The notes beneath the pieces are model-generated. The model saw nothing but the letters and a program-made list of their open reading frames with translations. It was not told where the DNA came from and made no database searches. A stretch of DNA of 63,905 nt, filler included, from Candidatus Tectimicrobiota bacterium (lineage in GTDB: Bacteria; JACPSX01): NCBI GenBank assembly GCA_016193065.1. It is 6 parts of 6 records of this genome, joined end to end, with 100 filler letters (N's around TTAATTAATTAA, not from the genome) between each part and the next. Parts side by side here need not be neighbours in the genome. Positions count along the whole stretch, not along the records: positions 1 to 22,529 come from JACPSX010000172.1; positions 22,630 to 50,186 come from JACPSX010000175.1; 4 more parts are not named here. One strand, 5' to 3'. Position numbers and translations under genes: made by a program. Of the stretch, positions 19,680-31,678 are shown piece by piece. Each line of letters begins with the position of its first letter. Within the stretch, counting starts at the first letter, position 1.

Positions 19680-20426
19680 ATGAGGCTGAAAGATCAGGTG
19701 GCCATCATTACCGGGGCCGCCCAGGGGATTGGAGCGGCCTACGCCCGGGGATTGGCCAAGGAAGGGGCCGAGGTCGTGGTAGTCGATATTCTGGATCCGA
19801 AGCCGGTGGTGCGGGAAATCAACGCAGCCGGTGGAAACGCCCACGGTCTGGTGGTCGATGTCTCCTCGGAAAGCCGGGCCCGGGAAATGGCCAAGCAGGT
19901 GGCCGAAACCTGCGGCCGCATCGACATTCTCATCAACAACGCCGCCGTGTACGCGGCCATCGCCCGCAAGGGGTTTGAAGAAATCACCGAGGAAGAGTGG
20001 GACAAGGTCATGGCCGTCAACGTGAAAGGGGTCTTCTTCTGCGTGAAGGCGGTCGCTCCGTACATGAAGGCCCACAAAAAGGGGAAGATCATCAACGTGG
20101 CCTCCAGCACGTTCTTCAAGGGGACCGATCATTTCTTGCACTACGTGAGCTCCAAAGGGGCCGTGGTGGCCATGACCCGGGCTCTGGCCCGTGAGCTCGG
20201 GGATTACAACATCAACGTGAATACCCTGGCCCCCGGCCAGACCATGAGCGAGGCGAACCTGAAGCGGGGGGAGGAGACGGATAAAGGCCAGATGGCCAGG
20301 CGGGTTCTCAAGCGCCGCCTGTATCCGGAAGACATGGTGGGAACGGCGATCTATCTGAGTTCCTCGGACAGCGACATGGTCACCGGGGGAATCTTCCTGG
20401 TGGACGGCGGCACCGTGTTCTACTAA
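19680..20426 (+). CDS. Short-chain dehydrogenase/reductase
   Basis: TGAAQGIG, NNAA, YVSSK, VDGG motifs. Confidence 0.93.
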   Translation: MRLKDQVAIITGAAQGIGAAYARGLAKEGAEVVVVDILDPKPVVREINAAGGNAHGLVVDVSSESRAREMAKQVAETCGRIDILINNAAVYAAIARKGFEEITEEEWDKVMAVNVKGVFFCVKAVAPYMKAHKKGKIINVASSTFFKGTDHFLHYVSSKGAVVAMTRALARELGDYNINVNTLAPGQTMSEANLKRGEETDKGQMARRVLKRRLYPEDMVGTAIYLSSSDSDMVTGGIFLVDGGTVFY

Positions 20427-20497
20427 CGGCGCGCGGGGTCTCGTGCCCCCTCCAGTTCTTACAGCTCCATAGGAAGGGGCCCCCTCGGCGTTCTCCT

Positions 20498-20785
20498 TCC
20501 GAGGGAGTAGCCCCCGGACCTCAGCGGTTGTAGAAAGGGACCGGGTGTGCCCCGTAGGGCGACTTAAAGTTTTGCAGGCGCCGCCCTCCCGAATGGTGAA
20601 ACCTCCCTGCAGTCCAAACACCTCCGAACTCAAATCGCCCTCCCGCGCAAAAGTTTACTGGAGCCTCAAGGGGCACCCCGGTCCCTCCCCTTGCTCTTGT
20701 CGCAAGCGCTTCGGGAGCCCAAGAGGGCACCCCCGAGGATCTGCAGAGGCTGGCAATTCCTCAGTATGAACCCGAGGTGGGCAGG
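20498..20785 (+). repeat. Promoter-adjacent repeat family A, copy 1, with nested family B element (20537-20685)
   Basis: GTCGCAAGCGCTTCGGGAGCC...CCCGAGGA core shared with 24.3, 34.2, 45.5 and 52.8 kb. Confidence 0.85.
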
Positions 20786-20798
20786 CGCGGGTTCTGGC

Positions 20799-20827
20799 TT
20801 GACCCGAGCAGGCCCCATGAGTAGTAT
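20799..20827 (+). promoter_or_regulatory. sigma70-type promoter of MFS gene
   Basis: TTGACC-N17-TAGTAT. Confidence 0.6.
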
Positions 20828-20889
20828 AGCGTGCGGTGTTTGTTGAACCATTCGTCCCGGGTTTCCCATAGGACAACTGCGGAGGTGGA

Positions 20890-22155
20890 GTGGACGATCC
20901 GGCTAAGGCGGAGTCAAAGGCGGGAGTTTTGCAGTGGGGACTTATCAAGATCATTCTTACCTTGCTTCTGCTCACCGCCGCTTTTGGCACCACCTCCATC
21001 CTTTTCCCGCCTTTTCTTGACGGCCTGGGATATCACATATCGGCCATCGGGGTTCTCGTCTCTCTGCTCAATGTTGCGGCCCTTCTCTCCCGCCTCCCTT
21101 CCGGTTTGCTCTACAACGCCGGCCGCGCCGGCCGCCTGATCCGCCTTTCCCTGATCCTCTTTGGCGTCACGACGGCCCTTTACCCCTTTGCCAAGGATCC
21201 TCTGTTTTTGTGGTCCTTGCGTTTCGTAAACGGGCTCTTTTATGGCGTGGCCACTACGGTCAACTTCGCCATGTACATGGATGCAATTCCCCCTCAGGTG
21301 GCCCGGCACCGGGCCCTGGCTCTCTATGCCGGCGGGCTGGCGGCCGGACACATGGTTGGCAATACAATCGGAGGCTACACGCACGACATTTTCGGCATGG
21401 ATAATGCCTTCTTCATCACCGCGTTTTTCTCTTCCGCGGCGCTGCTCTTTACCTTCCGGATCCAGCTCTACCCCCAGCCTCCGGCCAAACGGCCGGTGGG
21501 TCATGGAGAAGCGGGGGAGGATGCGCAGGCCGCAAAGACCGCGGGACCCTCCTGGCTTTCCCGGATCCGCCGCTTCGTTCCCGCGTTTCTCGATCCCCTG
21601 GTCGTCGATATGTTCATGGTGGCCTTTTTCCTGAACCTCTTCTTTTCCCTGGCGGGCACCTACGTGACCCTTTACGCGCTGGCTGTCGGGCTCACATTGG
21701 GACACGTGGGGGTGATCAAGGGCGCCCTGTCGCTCACGAACGCTGTCACCCGCCCGTTCAGCGGTGACCTGGCCAGCCGCTTTGGTGAGGATCGCATCTC
21801 GAACATCGGTCTCACCGTAACCACCTGCCTGTTGATGGTAATCCCCTTCCTGTCCACGCTGGTACCCTTGGTGATTCTCTTCGTCCTCATGGGGTTCATG
21901 CGGGCGGGGGTGCTGGTTTCCAATACGGTGAAAGCGGCCCGGGTGGGGGAAAAGCGCATGAGCCGGGGGATGGCCTCGGGGCTTTATAATGCGGCTACAG
22001 ACCTGGGAACCGTTGCCGGGCCCATTTACGGCGGGCTCGTTGCCTCCCAGGTTGGAATCAAGCCCATGTTCTGGGTCTCACCCGTCATCGGGCTGGGGGC
22101 CTATTTCCTGGTGCAGTGGGTCGCCCGCCGCCGCGCCCCGCTGATGTCCGCGTAA
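20890..22155 (+). CDS. MFS transporter
   Basis: About 12 TM segments, two-fold internal symmetry; GGAGG RBS. Confidence 0.88.
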   Translation: MDDPAKAESKAGVLQWGLIKIILTLLLLTAAFGTTSILFPPFLDGLGYHISAIGVLVSLLNVAALLSRLPSGLLYNAGRAGRLIRLSLILFGVTTALYPFAKDPLFLWSLRFVNGLFYGVATTVNFAMYMDAIPPQVARHRALALYAGGLAAGHMVGNTIGGYTHDIFGMDNAFFITAFFSSAALLFTFRIQLYPQPPAKRPVGHGEAGEDAQAAKTAGPSWLSRIRRFVPAFLDPLVVDMFMVAFFLNLFFSLAGTYVTLYALAVGLTLGHVGVIKGALSLTNAVTRPFSGDLASRFGEDRISNIGLTVTTCLLMVIPFLSTLVPLVILFVLMGFMRAGVLVSNTVKAARVGEKRMSRGMASGLYNAATDLGTVAGPIYGGLVASQVGIKPMFWVSPVIGLGAYFLVQWVARRRAPLMSA

Positions 22156-22322
22156 GAGGCACTTGCCGGCCTTCCGTCCATGATCCCAAGGAGATCGGGC
22201 GTTTCGGTGTAACCGCTTGACAAGCAAAGAAGATCCGGCCTAAGATTCCCCACTGTGGAGGCTGGTCCGGCTCAGAGGGACTTGCCATCGACCCGCCGCC
22301 GTTTCCTTTTGGAGGTTCCACC

Positions 22323-22529
22323 ATGCGAGTCGTCATTGTGGGGTGCGGGAGAGTTGGATCAGAGTTGGCCAACGCCCTGTCGGTCGAAAGGCACGAGGTC
22401 GTGGTCATTGATCGCAACCCGCTCTCCTTCGGGCGGCTGTCGCGGGACTTCAGCGGCCGCATGCTCACGGGGATCGGGTTTGATCGCGACGTCCTCCAAA
22501 AAGCCGAGATCGAGGGTGCCGAGGCTTTG
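22323..22529 (+). CDS. TrkA-family potassium uptake NAD-binding protein (3' partial)
   Basis: MRVVIVGCGRVG Rossmann motif, GIGFDRDVL. Confidence 0.85.
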
Positions 22530-22629
22530 NNNNNNNNNNNNNNNNNNNNNNNNNNNNNNNNNNNNNNNNNNNNTTAATTAATTAANNNNNNNNNNNNNNN
22601 NNNNNNNNNNNNNNNNNNNNNNNNNNNNN
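22530..22629. other. Artificial contig linker
   Basis: N44-TTAATTAATTAA-N44. Confidence 0.99.
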
Positions 22630-22917
22630 GTCCCCGATCATTTTCCCCTTTGGGGTCAGCAGGGTTGCATAGGTCCCCTCACCAGCTTTCAGGTTCTTTA
22701 CATTGTTGGAGACCAAGCTGTGCAGAAACTCCTGCCGGTCTTTTCCCACGAGCCGTATTTTTCCCAGGAAGCTGCGATCGCACAAACCCGCACCCCCACG
22801 CACGGCTCCGTGCTCTGTGGTGGAGTCCCCGTAGTGGCCGGGGATTTCCCACCCGTCGAGGGTTGCCAAGACGGCGCCGAGCCGGCAGTGAACTGTGGAC
22901 AAAGGAGACTGTTTCAT
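22630..22917 (-). CDS. GcvT/YgfZ-family aminomethyltransferase-like protein (3' partial)
   Basis: SPL...H, GWEIPGHYG, DRSFLGK, LLTPKGK motifs. Confidence 0.85.
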
Positions 22918-23178
22918 CCGGTGTTCTCCACGGAGCGGGCACACCACAATACCGCGGCTCAACCTCATTCTGGATGAAGAAGAAGCTGGCGTCAAGAGTC
23001 GCCTGTTCCTGTCCGTCCAGGTTTCGGGTTGAGGGATTCGGACACCAGCGGCGTCCTCAAGTGTGCCGAAGAGCTTGCAGTGGGGTATCGGAGTCGGTCG
23101 CCGACGGGGCGCCTCTCAGACCCGGACGATCGAGGAGGTTGCCGGGCTGCGCTTCGGATGGCCCGGCAGGGGATGGTG

Positions 23179-24123
23179 TCAAAGCGCCTCGGAAGGCAGC
23201 AGGTAGGAAAAACTCAGGAACCGGGAGATTTCCGCTGCTACCGCGGCATTGTTCTTGAGCAGCGCCAGGTTAGCTCGCAGGCAGCGGCCCCCGCTCAGGT
23301 GATCCATCCTCTCCAGGAGAAACGGGGTCAGGTGGGGACCCCGGATCTTCTGGCAATCCGCTTCCTCTTGAGCTTGGGCGAGGAGGGTCTCCATTTCGGA
23401 GAAATCCACACCGGACTCCTCAGAAACAGGAATGGTGACCAACAACGCGGAAGAACCAGACAGCGCCCAGTGGCAGCGGGCCACCCGGGCGATCTTTGCG
23501 AAGCTGGTCGTGGAGTGTGTGAGCCTCAGGCCGCTGCGGGGCGAATAGAAAGCAGGGAGTTCCTGGGTACCAAACCCGATGATGGGGACTCCGAGCGTTT
23601 CCAGAAGCTCGACGGTCTTGGGCAAGTCAAGAAGGGACTTCATCCCCGAACAGGTGACCACCAAAGGGGAGCAGCTCAGAGCTGACAGGTCGGCGGAAAC
23701 GTCGAATCTCCCGGGAAACTGGCGATGGATCCCTCCAATCCCGCCGGTGGCAAGAACCTGGATGTTGGCCCGGCAGGCGAGCCGGAGCGTGGCGGACACC
23801 GTTGTTCCGCCCCATTTTCCGCTGCAGACGACCTGCGCCAGGTTTCCCAGGTTCGCTTTGGAGCTGTCCTCCCGCTCGGCCAGCGCCCGAATCTCCTGGT
23901 TGGTGAGGCCCACCCGGATTTTTCCGGCCACCACTCCAATGACAGCCGGAGTCGCGCCGGCGCCGCTGACAATTTCCTTCAATTCGCACACGGTCTCCCA
24001 GCTCGTAGGAGACGGCAGGCCGTGCGAGAGTAGAGCAGACTCCAGGGCGACGACCGGTCTCCCTGCCCGGATGGCGCCGGCCACAGAAGGATCGATTCGG
24101 AAGTAGTCATTGGGAATTTCCAA
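23179..24123 (-). CDS. psuG: Pseudouridine-5'-phosphate glycosidase
   Basis: VVALES...HGLP, TTVSAT, ATGGIGG, DVSADL, TPFLL motifs. Confidence 0.93.
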   Translation of the reverse strand: MEIPNDYFRIDPSVAGAIRAGRPVVALESALLSHGLPSPTSWETVCELKEIVSGAGATPAVIGVVAGKIRVGLTNQEIRALAEREDSSKANLGNLAQVVCSGKWGGTTVSATLRLACRANIQVLATGGIGGIHRQFPGRFDVSADLSALSCSPLVVTCSGMKSLLDLPKTVELLETLGVPIIGFGTQELPAFYSPRSGLRLTHSTTSFAKIARVARCHWALSGSSALLVTIPVSEESGVDFSEMETLLAQAQEEADCQKIRGPHLTPFLLERMDHLSGGRCLRANLALLKNNAAVAAEISRFLSFSYLLPSEAL

Positions 24124-24287
24124 GGATTTTCCTTCGGGCTGAGGTTTGCCCGGACGCTAACAGATTTTCCTGCGCAAGTCAACGCCGCCCCGGCGCCAGC
24201 AGAGGGGCCAGCGACAGAGGGCACCCACCTGTCTGCGTGCGGACCTGTCTGCCGTGGCGGCACAGGCAGGCGCAGAGGTGCCCCTAC

Positions 24288-24404
24288 AGTCCGAGGGGGT
24301 TCCTCCCCTTCCTCACGTCGCAAGCGCTTCGGGAGCCCGAGGGGGCTGCCCCGAGGACCTTGCCAAAAGGGGCTCCCCCAGGTGGTAAACTGGGAGTGGG
24401 CAAG
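24288..24404 (+). repeat. Promoter-adjacent repeat family A, copy 2 (short form)
   Basis: GTCCGAGGG...GTCGCAAGCGCTTCGGGAGCC...CCCCGAGGACCT...AAACTGGGAGTGGGCAAG. Confidence 0.85.
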
Positions 24405-24417
24405 CGGGAAATGGTCC

Positions 24418-24446
24418 TTGATCTGCCCTGACCCCTATGATAGGTT
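24418..24446 (+). promoter_or_regulatory. sigma70-type promoter of rsmE
   Basis: TTGATC-N17-TAGGTT with extended TG. Confidence 0.55.
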
Positions 24447-24487
24447 CAAGAAAAATTCGCTGGCGCTGACGCGGTGAGGTTTACCGG

Positions 24488-25228
24488 GTGCATCGGTTCT
24501 TTGTTGGCCGCGGGCAATTTACCCCACCCCAAATCACGATTTCCGGAAGCGATGTCGCACATATCCGCAAGGTTCTGCGCTTGAAGCCCGGAGACAGGAT
24601 TGAAGTCGTCGATGAGGAAGGGGGTCTCTACGCCGTCCAATTGGAACAAGTAGAGGTGGACAGGGTCAGGGGGGAAGTAATCGGGAAGATTCCGACAGCG
24701 GCTCCGCAGGGTCTTGCCATTACGATCGCACAGGCGGTTCCCAAAGGCGACAAGATGGATTGGATCGTGCAGAAGGCGACGGAGCTGGGGGTCTCCCGGA
24801 TCGTTCCTCTGCTGAGCGAACGCGTGATCGTTCGCTTAAACCCAGCCCTGGAGGCCCGCCGGGTGGCGCGCTGGGAGAAACTGGCCCTGGAAGCTGCCAA
24901 ACAGTGCAAGCGCCTGTCCGTTCCGCAGATTTCCCGGTTTCTCTCTCTGGACGTTTTCTGCCAGGAAAGGGAAGCTCAGGATCTCGGTCTCATTCTCTGG
25001 GAAGGGGAGACAGCAACCCGACTGCGCTCCGTGCTGGCGGAAGCGAAACGGGGGGGGAATCTCTCGGTCATCATCGGTCCCGAAGGAGGATTTTCGGACT
25101 CCGAGGTCGAAACGGCCCGGTCCCGGGGCTTCCGTCCGGTGACGCTGGGATCCCGAATCCTGCGCACTGAGACGGTAGCCTTGAGTGTTTTGAGCGTGCT
25201 TCAGTACGAGTTGGGAGATTTTGGTTAG
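24488..25228 (+). CDS. rsmE: 16S rRNA m3U1498 methyltransferase
   Basis: HIRKVLRL, QKATELG, IGPEGG, LGSRILRTETV motifs. Confidence 0.95.
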   Translation: MHRFFVGRGQFTPPQITISGSDVAHIRKVLRLKPGDRIEVVDEEGGLYAVQLEQVEVDRVRGEVIGKIPTAAPQGLAITIAQAVPKGDKMDWIVQKATELGVSRIVPLLSERVIVRLNPALEARRVARWEKLALEAAKQCKRLSVPQISRFLSLDVFCQEREAQDLGLILWEGETATRLRSVLAEAKRGGNLSVIIGPEGGFSDSEVETARSRGFRPVTLGSRILRTETVALSVLSVLQYELGDFG

Positions 25229-25234
25229 CATTAG

Positions 25235-25418
25235 CAGGCTGCTGAAAACCCTCCGTTCACCCTTCGACCGCGGGTACCCGCGAAGCGGGTGCGGTTTCCG
25301 GGTGAGGGCGAACGGAGGAAGTCCTGAAATTGCTGATGATTTTCCGTTCGTGGTGAGCCCTTCGACCAGGCTCAGGACAGGCTTGTCGAACCACGAAAAG
25401 GATTTTTTCAGAATCCTG
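25235..25418. mobile_element. MITE-like element (family D)
   Basis: Imperfect TIR CAGGCTGCTGAAAA/TTTTCAGAATCCTG; internal core shared with family C. Confidence 0.7.
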
Positions 25419-25437
25419 TGAGAGGAGAAATCGGCCG

Positions 25438-27000
25438 ATGGAGAAGATCAGCCGCGCCCTTATCAGCGTGTCGGATAAAAGGGGAGTTGTGGAACTGGCC
25501 CGTGGCCTTCAAGAAATGGGGGTCGAAATCCTCTCCACGGGAGGAACGGCCGGCCTCTTGCAGAAAGAGGGCATCCGGGTCATCAGCGTCTCCGATTACA
25601 CGGGCTTCCCGGAGATCCTGGGAGGAAGGGTCAAGACGTTGCAGCCCCGCATTCACGGCGGGATTCTGGCTAGGCGGGGGGACCCCGCCCATGTCCAGGA
25701 TCTAAAGGCCCATGGCATTCTTCCCATCGACCTGGTGGTGGTGAATTTGTATCCCTTCATTGAAACCGTCGCCCGTGCGGCCCTCTGCGCCTTGGAAGAA
25801 GCCATCGAGACCATCGACATTGGCGGGCCCTCGATGATCCGGGCTGCTGCGAAGAACTTCACGGACGTAGCCGTGGTTGTCGATCCGGAAGATTACCCCG
25901 CTCTTCTACAGGAACTGCGGGATCAGGGGGGGACCTTGTCGCGGCAGAAGCGGTTCGAGATGGCCTGCAAGGCCTTTGAGCATACGGCCCGCTATGATTC
26001 CTGCATTGCTTCCTACTTCCGCGGCCAGGTTGGAAAGGAGCTTTATCCCTCCACCATCACACTGGCTCTGGAGAAGGTCCAGGATCTTCGCTACGGGGAA
26101 AACCCCCACCAGTCTGCGGCCTTTTACCGGGAGATGGTGGTCGCGGAGCCCTGCCTGGCCAATGCTCGCCAGCTTCAGGGAAAGGAACTCTCCTACAACA
26201 ACATCGTGGACCTGGACGCTGCTCTCGCTCTGGTCAAGGAATTTACGGATCCGACAGTGGCCATCATCAAGCACACGAATCCCTGCGGGGTTGCCCGGGG
26301 CGGCTCTCTGGCGGAAGCGTACGCAGGCGCCCTGGAGACGGACCCGGTATCGGCCTTTGGCGGCATCGTTGCCGTAAACCGGGCACTGGATCGCGGGACC
26401 GCTGCGGAGTTAAGCAAGACCTTTTATGAAGCCGTTGTAGCACCCGGCTATGAGGCGGGCGCCCTGGAGGTGTTCAGCACCAAGAAGAACCTCCGTGTCT
26501 TGGAGGTACCGCCGTGGGAACACAGGAAAGGGTGGAATCCCGAGACTTGGGATATGCGCAAGGTTGCCGGCGGCTATCTGCTCCAGCAGCGGGACTTGCT
26601 CGGGTGGCTCGGGATGGAGATCCGGGTGGTGACCCGCCGGGAGCCGACTCCGCAGGAATGGCAGGGCCTGGAATTTGTCTGGCTCGTTTCCAAACACGTG
26701 AAATCCAATGCGATTGTTTACGGGAATGCGAACCGCTCTTTGGCGATCGGGGCAGGACAGATGAGCCGCGTCGATTCTTGCCGGGTTGCCGCCATGAAGG
26801 CGCGTGGCTCTCTGCGGGGAGCGGTGATGGCTTCCGATGCATTCTTCCCGTTTCGAGATGGAATTGATGAGGCGGCTTCCGTGGGCATCACGGCCGTGGT
26901 CCAGCCCGGAGGTTCCATCCGGGATCAAGAAGTTATCGAAGCGGCCAACGAACATGGGATGGCCATGGTCTTTACCGGGGTTCGGCACTTCAAGCACTGA
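25438..27000 (+). CDS. purH: Bifunctional AICAR transformylase/IMP cyclohydrolase
   Basis: RALISVSDK, IDIGGP, LRYGENPHQ, KHTNPCG, SDAFFPF motifs. Confidence 0.98.
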   Translation: MEKISRALISVSDKRGVVELARGLQEMGVEILSTGGTAGLLQKEGIRVISVSDYTGFPEILGGRVKTLQPRIHGGILARRGDPAHVQDLKAHGILPIDLVVVNLYPFIETVARAALCALEEAIETIDIGGPSMIRAAAKNFTDVAVVVDPEDYPALLQELRDQGGTLSRQKRFEMACKAFEHTARYDSCIASYFRGQVGKELYPSTITLALEKVQDLRYGENPHQSAAFYREMVVAEPCLANARQLQGKELSYNNIVDLDAALALVKEFTDPTVAIIKHTNPCGVARGGSLAEAYAGALETDPVSAFGGIVAVNRALDRGTAAELSKTFYEAVVAPGYEAGALEVFSTKKNLRVLEVPPWEHRKGWNPETWDMRKVAGGYLLQQRDLLGWLGMEIRVVTRREPTPQEWQGLEFVWLVSKHVKSNAIVYGNANRSLAIGAGQMSRVDSCRVAAMKARGSLRGAVMASDAFFPFRDGIDEAASVGITAVVQPGGSIRDQEVIEAANEHGMAMVFTGVRHFKH

Positions 27001-27010
27001 GGGTCCAAAC

Positions 27011-28318
27011 ATGAAAATTCTGCTGGTTGGCAGCGGGGGGAGAGAACACGCTTTGGCCTGGAAGCTGAGCCAGAGCCCGCAGATCGACAAGGTCTACTGT
27101 GCCCCTGGCAATGCCGGCACGGCGGAGGTGGCCGAGAACCTCCCGGTGGGCAGCGAAGAGATTGGTGTGTTGTGCAGCATTGCCCAGCAAGCTCAAATCG
27201 ATCTCACCGTGGTGGGGCCCGAACTCCCTCTGGTGGCTGGGATTGTGGACCTCTTTGAGGACAAGAACTTAAAAATTTTTGGACCCCGAAAGCAAGCCGC
27301 CATGCTCGAGGGAAGCAAGGTCTTTGCCAAAGAGTTCATGAGACGCCATGGCATTCCCACGGCGGATTTCCGGGTCTTTGATGAGCCCGGCGCAGCCCGC
27401 GACTTTATCGAGAAGAAGGGAGCCCCCCTGGTAGTGAAAGCAGACGGGCTGGCGGGCGGAAAAGGGGTCTTTGTCTGCACCACCGTGGCTCACGGGCTGG
27501 CGGCCGTTGAGAATCTAATGGAAAAAAAGATCCTCGGTCCGGCCGGAGAGAAGATTCTGGTGGAAGATTTTCTCCCCGGTGAGGAAGCCTCCTTCCTGGC
27601 TTTTTGCGATGGTGAGAGAGTTCTCCCGCTCCCCGCCAGCCAAGACCACAAGCCTCTCCTCGACGGGGATCGGGGACCGAATACGGGAGGGATGGGCGCG
27701 TACTCCCCGGCTCCGGTCGTGACCCCGGAGTTAAGCCGGGCTGTGATCGACACGGTCATGATCCCCACGGTGAAAGCCATGGCTAAGGAGGGGAATCCTT
27801 ACCAGGGCGTTCTTTATGCCGGCCTGATGATCTCGAAGGGAAAAGCCTCGGTGCTGGAGTTCAACGTGCGCTTCGGAGACCCTGAGGCCCAGCCCCTTCT
27901 CTGCCGCCTGGAAACCGACCTGGTCCCCATCTTCGAGGCGTGCTGCAGCGGGTCCCTGGAGCGGATTCAACCTCAATGGAATTCCCAAGCGGCGGTCTGC
28001 GTGGTGATGGCTTCCCGGGGGTATCCCGACCGCTATGAGAAGGGGAAGGTCATCCGCGGTGTTCCGGATGCCGCAGCAATTCCGGGAGTGACGGTTTTCC
28101 ACGCCGGCACTGCCCGGCGCGATGGGACGCTGGTCACCAACGGGGGGAGGGTTCTCGGGGTGACGGGCCTGGGCCCCGATGTTGCTTCGGCCATCGCTAC
28201 GACTTATCGTGCCGTGAAGAAGATCTCTTGGGATGGGATGCACTTCCGCACGGACATCGGCGCAAAAGCCCTGCTGAAATCTCCAGGAGCCGGTCGGGCG
28301 GCACCGGGTTCGGGCTAA
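27011..28318 (+). CDS. purD: Phosphoribosylamine-glycine ligase
   Basis: GSGGREHAL, KADGLAGGKGV, GPNTGGMG, EFNVRFGDPE motifs. Confidence 0.98.
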   Translation: MKILLVGSGGREHALAWKLSQSPQIDKVYCAPGNAGTAEVAENLPVGSEEIGVLCSIAQQAQIDLTVVGPELPLVAGIVDLFEDKNLKIFGPRKQAAMLEGSKVFAKEFMRRHGIPTADFRVFDEPGAARDFIEKKGAPLVVKADGLAGGKGVFVCTTVAHGLAAVENLMEKKILGPAGEKILVEDFLPGEEASFLAFCDGERVLPLPASQDHKPLLDGDRGPNTGGMGAYSPAPVVTPELSRAVIDTVMIPTVKAMAKEGNPYQGVLYAGLMISKGKASVLEFNVRFGDPEAQPLLCRLETDLVPIFEACCSGSLERIQPQWNSQAAVCVVMASRGYPDRYEKGKVIRGVPDAAAIPGVTVFHAGTARRDGTLVTNGGRVLGVTGLGPDVASAIATTYRAVKKISWDGMHFRTDIGAKALLKSPGAGRAAPGSG

Positions 28319-29106
28319 GGCCGCAAAGTCATTAGGTCTTCGCCAACCACCACGGGTCCTTGAAATGCCCTGCGAGCCTCCCGGGCGTATTCTTCCCCTC
28401 GATCTCCCTCTCGCAGGTGCACAAGCACCAGTTGTTTGACTCCACAACTGCGGGCGATTTCCCCGGCTTCCTGGGCCGTGGTGTGTCCCCGGCCTTTGCC
28501 TCCCGGCAGTGGGTGCAAAAAAGTAGCTTCCATCACCAGCAGATCCACTCCTCGAGCAAAGCGGGCCAAGGACTCGCAGGGGGAGGTGTCGCTCGAGTAG
28601 ACGATTCGCTTGCCGCTCGAAAGGCTGGTGACTCGTACGGCTACTGTTGGAGGCCCATGGTCCACAGGGCAAGACTCGACCACAAAACCCCGGCCGCAAT
28701 ACAGCCTGTGACGCCGGCGGGCCGGGATGAGGCGGAGTTGCAGAGGAAACGGGAGGCGGGTTCGCCCCCCTAAGTGTATCGAAATCATTGACCGGATCAG
28801 GGTGTCTGCCTCCGGTGGGGCCCACAGCTTGAGGGGAAGCCGGCGGCCAAAGAGGTAAAGGGAGTGGACGAGAGAAGGGAGGCCGTAGCAGTGGTCGATG
28901 TGGCGATGGGTCAGGACGACGCCGCGGACTCGCCCCGGATCGATTCCAGACTGCAGGAGCTTGCGGAACGGGCTCGCGCTGCTGTCGATTAGGACCGCAT
29001 CCCGGCCGTCCCAGATGCCCAGCGCCGTGTTGTCGCGGTCCACGCTCGGCATCCCCGCAGAGGTCCCGAACAAGATCATTTGCAACGAGTTATCCGAAGT
29101 TGCCAT
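28315..29106 (-). CDS. Metallo-beta-lactamase fold hydrolase, RNase Z/BN-like
   Basis: FGTSAG, THRHIDH, YSSDT, EATF, GHTT motifs. Confidence 0.85.
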   Translation of the reverse strand: MATSDNSLQMILFGTSAGMPSVDRDNTALGIWDGRDAVLIDSSASPFRKLLQSGIDPGRVRGVVLTHRHIDHCYGLPSLVHSLYLFGRRLPLKLWAPPEADTLIRSMISIHLGGRTRLPFPLQLRLIPARRRHRLYCGRGFVVESCPVDHGPPTVAVRVTSLSSGKRIVYSSDTSPCESLARFARGVDLLVMEATFLHPLPGGKGRGHTTAQEAGEIARSCGVKQLVLVHLREGDRGEEYAREARRAFQGPVVVGEDLMTLRP

Positions 29107-29340
29107 GGCCCCTTCCTGAACTCACAGCCAAAAGTTTCGCGGTCTGTTCGCACCGCTATCCTAACGACTCGCAAACCGGGGTGGCAACTTCTCCGCTACC
29201 CCAGCGCCGGAAAAATCATAAAAAAACCGGCGATTTCAGGTGAAATCTTACAAATAATACCCTGATTTTTCGTTTTTTTCCCAGCAGGTAGGTTTCTAAG
29301 GGAGAGATTCCTGTTGATTTCTTCTCCCGCTAGTTCTAAA

Positions 29341-29367
29341 TTAGCACTCACTTCAGTTGAGTGCTGA
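29341..29367 (+). promoter_or_regulatory. CIRCE element (HrcA operator)
   Basis: TTAGCACTC-N9-GAGTGCTGA, one mismatch to consensus, upstream of groES. Confidence 0.92.
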
Positions 29368-29428
29368 TAATTACTTCGGCGAAAAACAGCTTCTACGGTA
29401 AATCAGCCGGTCAAGAAGGAGGAAGAGC

Positions 29429-31380
<1,952 letters not shown>

Positions 31381-31394
31381 GCGAAAGAGCAACC

Positions 31395-31430
31395 TCAAAG
31401 AGCCCCCGCTCGGAGGCAGGGGCTCTTTGA
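31395..31430 (+). terminator. Intrinsic terminator after groEL
   Basis: TCAAAGAGCCCC...GGGGCTCTTTGA hairpin. Confidence 0.75.
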
Positions 31431-31431
31431 T

Positions 31432-31547
31432 TGCCTATTTCTTAGTCATCCGGAGGCGGCGCTGTATATGGAATAATCAACCTTAACCCCCGGCCCCATC
31501 GGCTTTTCCCTTCCTATCGCCCAATTCCTCTGGGCATTTTTTGGGCA
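31432..31547. promoter_or_regulatory. Putative NtrC-type enhancer sites (31432-31448, 31531-31547)
   Basis: 17-bp TGCCTATTTCTTAGTCA and TGGGCATTTTTTGGGCA upstream of a sigma54 promoter. Confidence 0.5.
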
Positions 31548-31662
31548 TCTCTCCCGGGTGGAGCCCAGGGTCCCGCATTGAAAACCAATGGATCCTGTGA
31601 AACCCTTTGAAATTCAAAAGATGGTTTTTGACCTGGGGGCAAATTGGGTTCATCTGCAGCTC

Positions 31663-31678
31663 TGGCACCATTCCTGCA
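31663..31678 (+). promoter_or_regulatory. sigma54 (-24/-12) promoter of glnB-glnA
   Basis: TGGCAC-N5-CTGCA with GG-N10-GC spacing. Confidence 0.75.

Noticed and set aside
22530-22629. TTAATTAATTAA palindrome within N runs (five occurrences)
   Set aside because: Artificial six-frame-stop contig linker, not biology.
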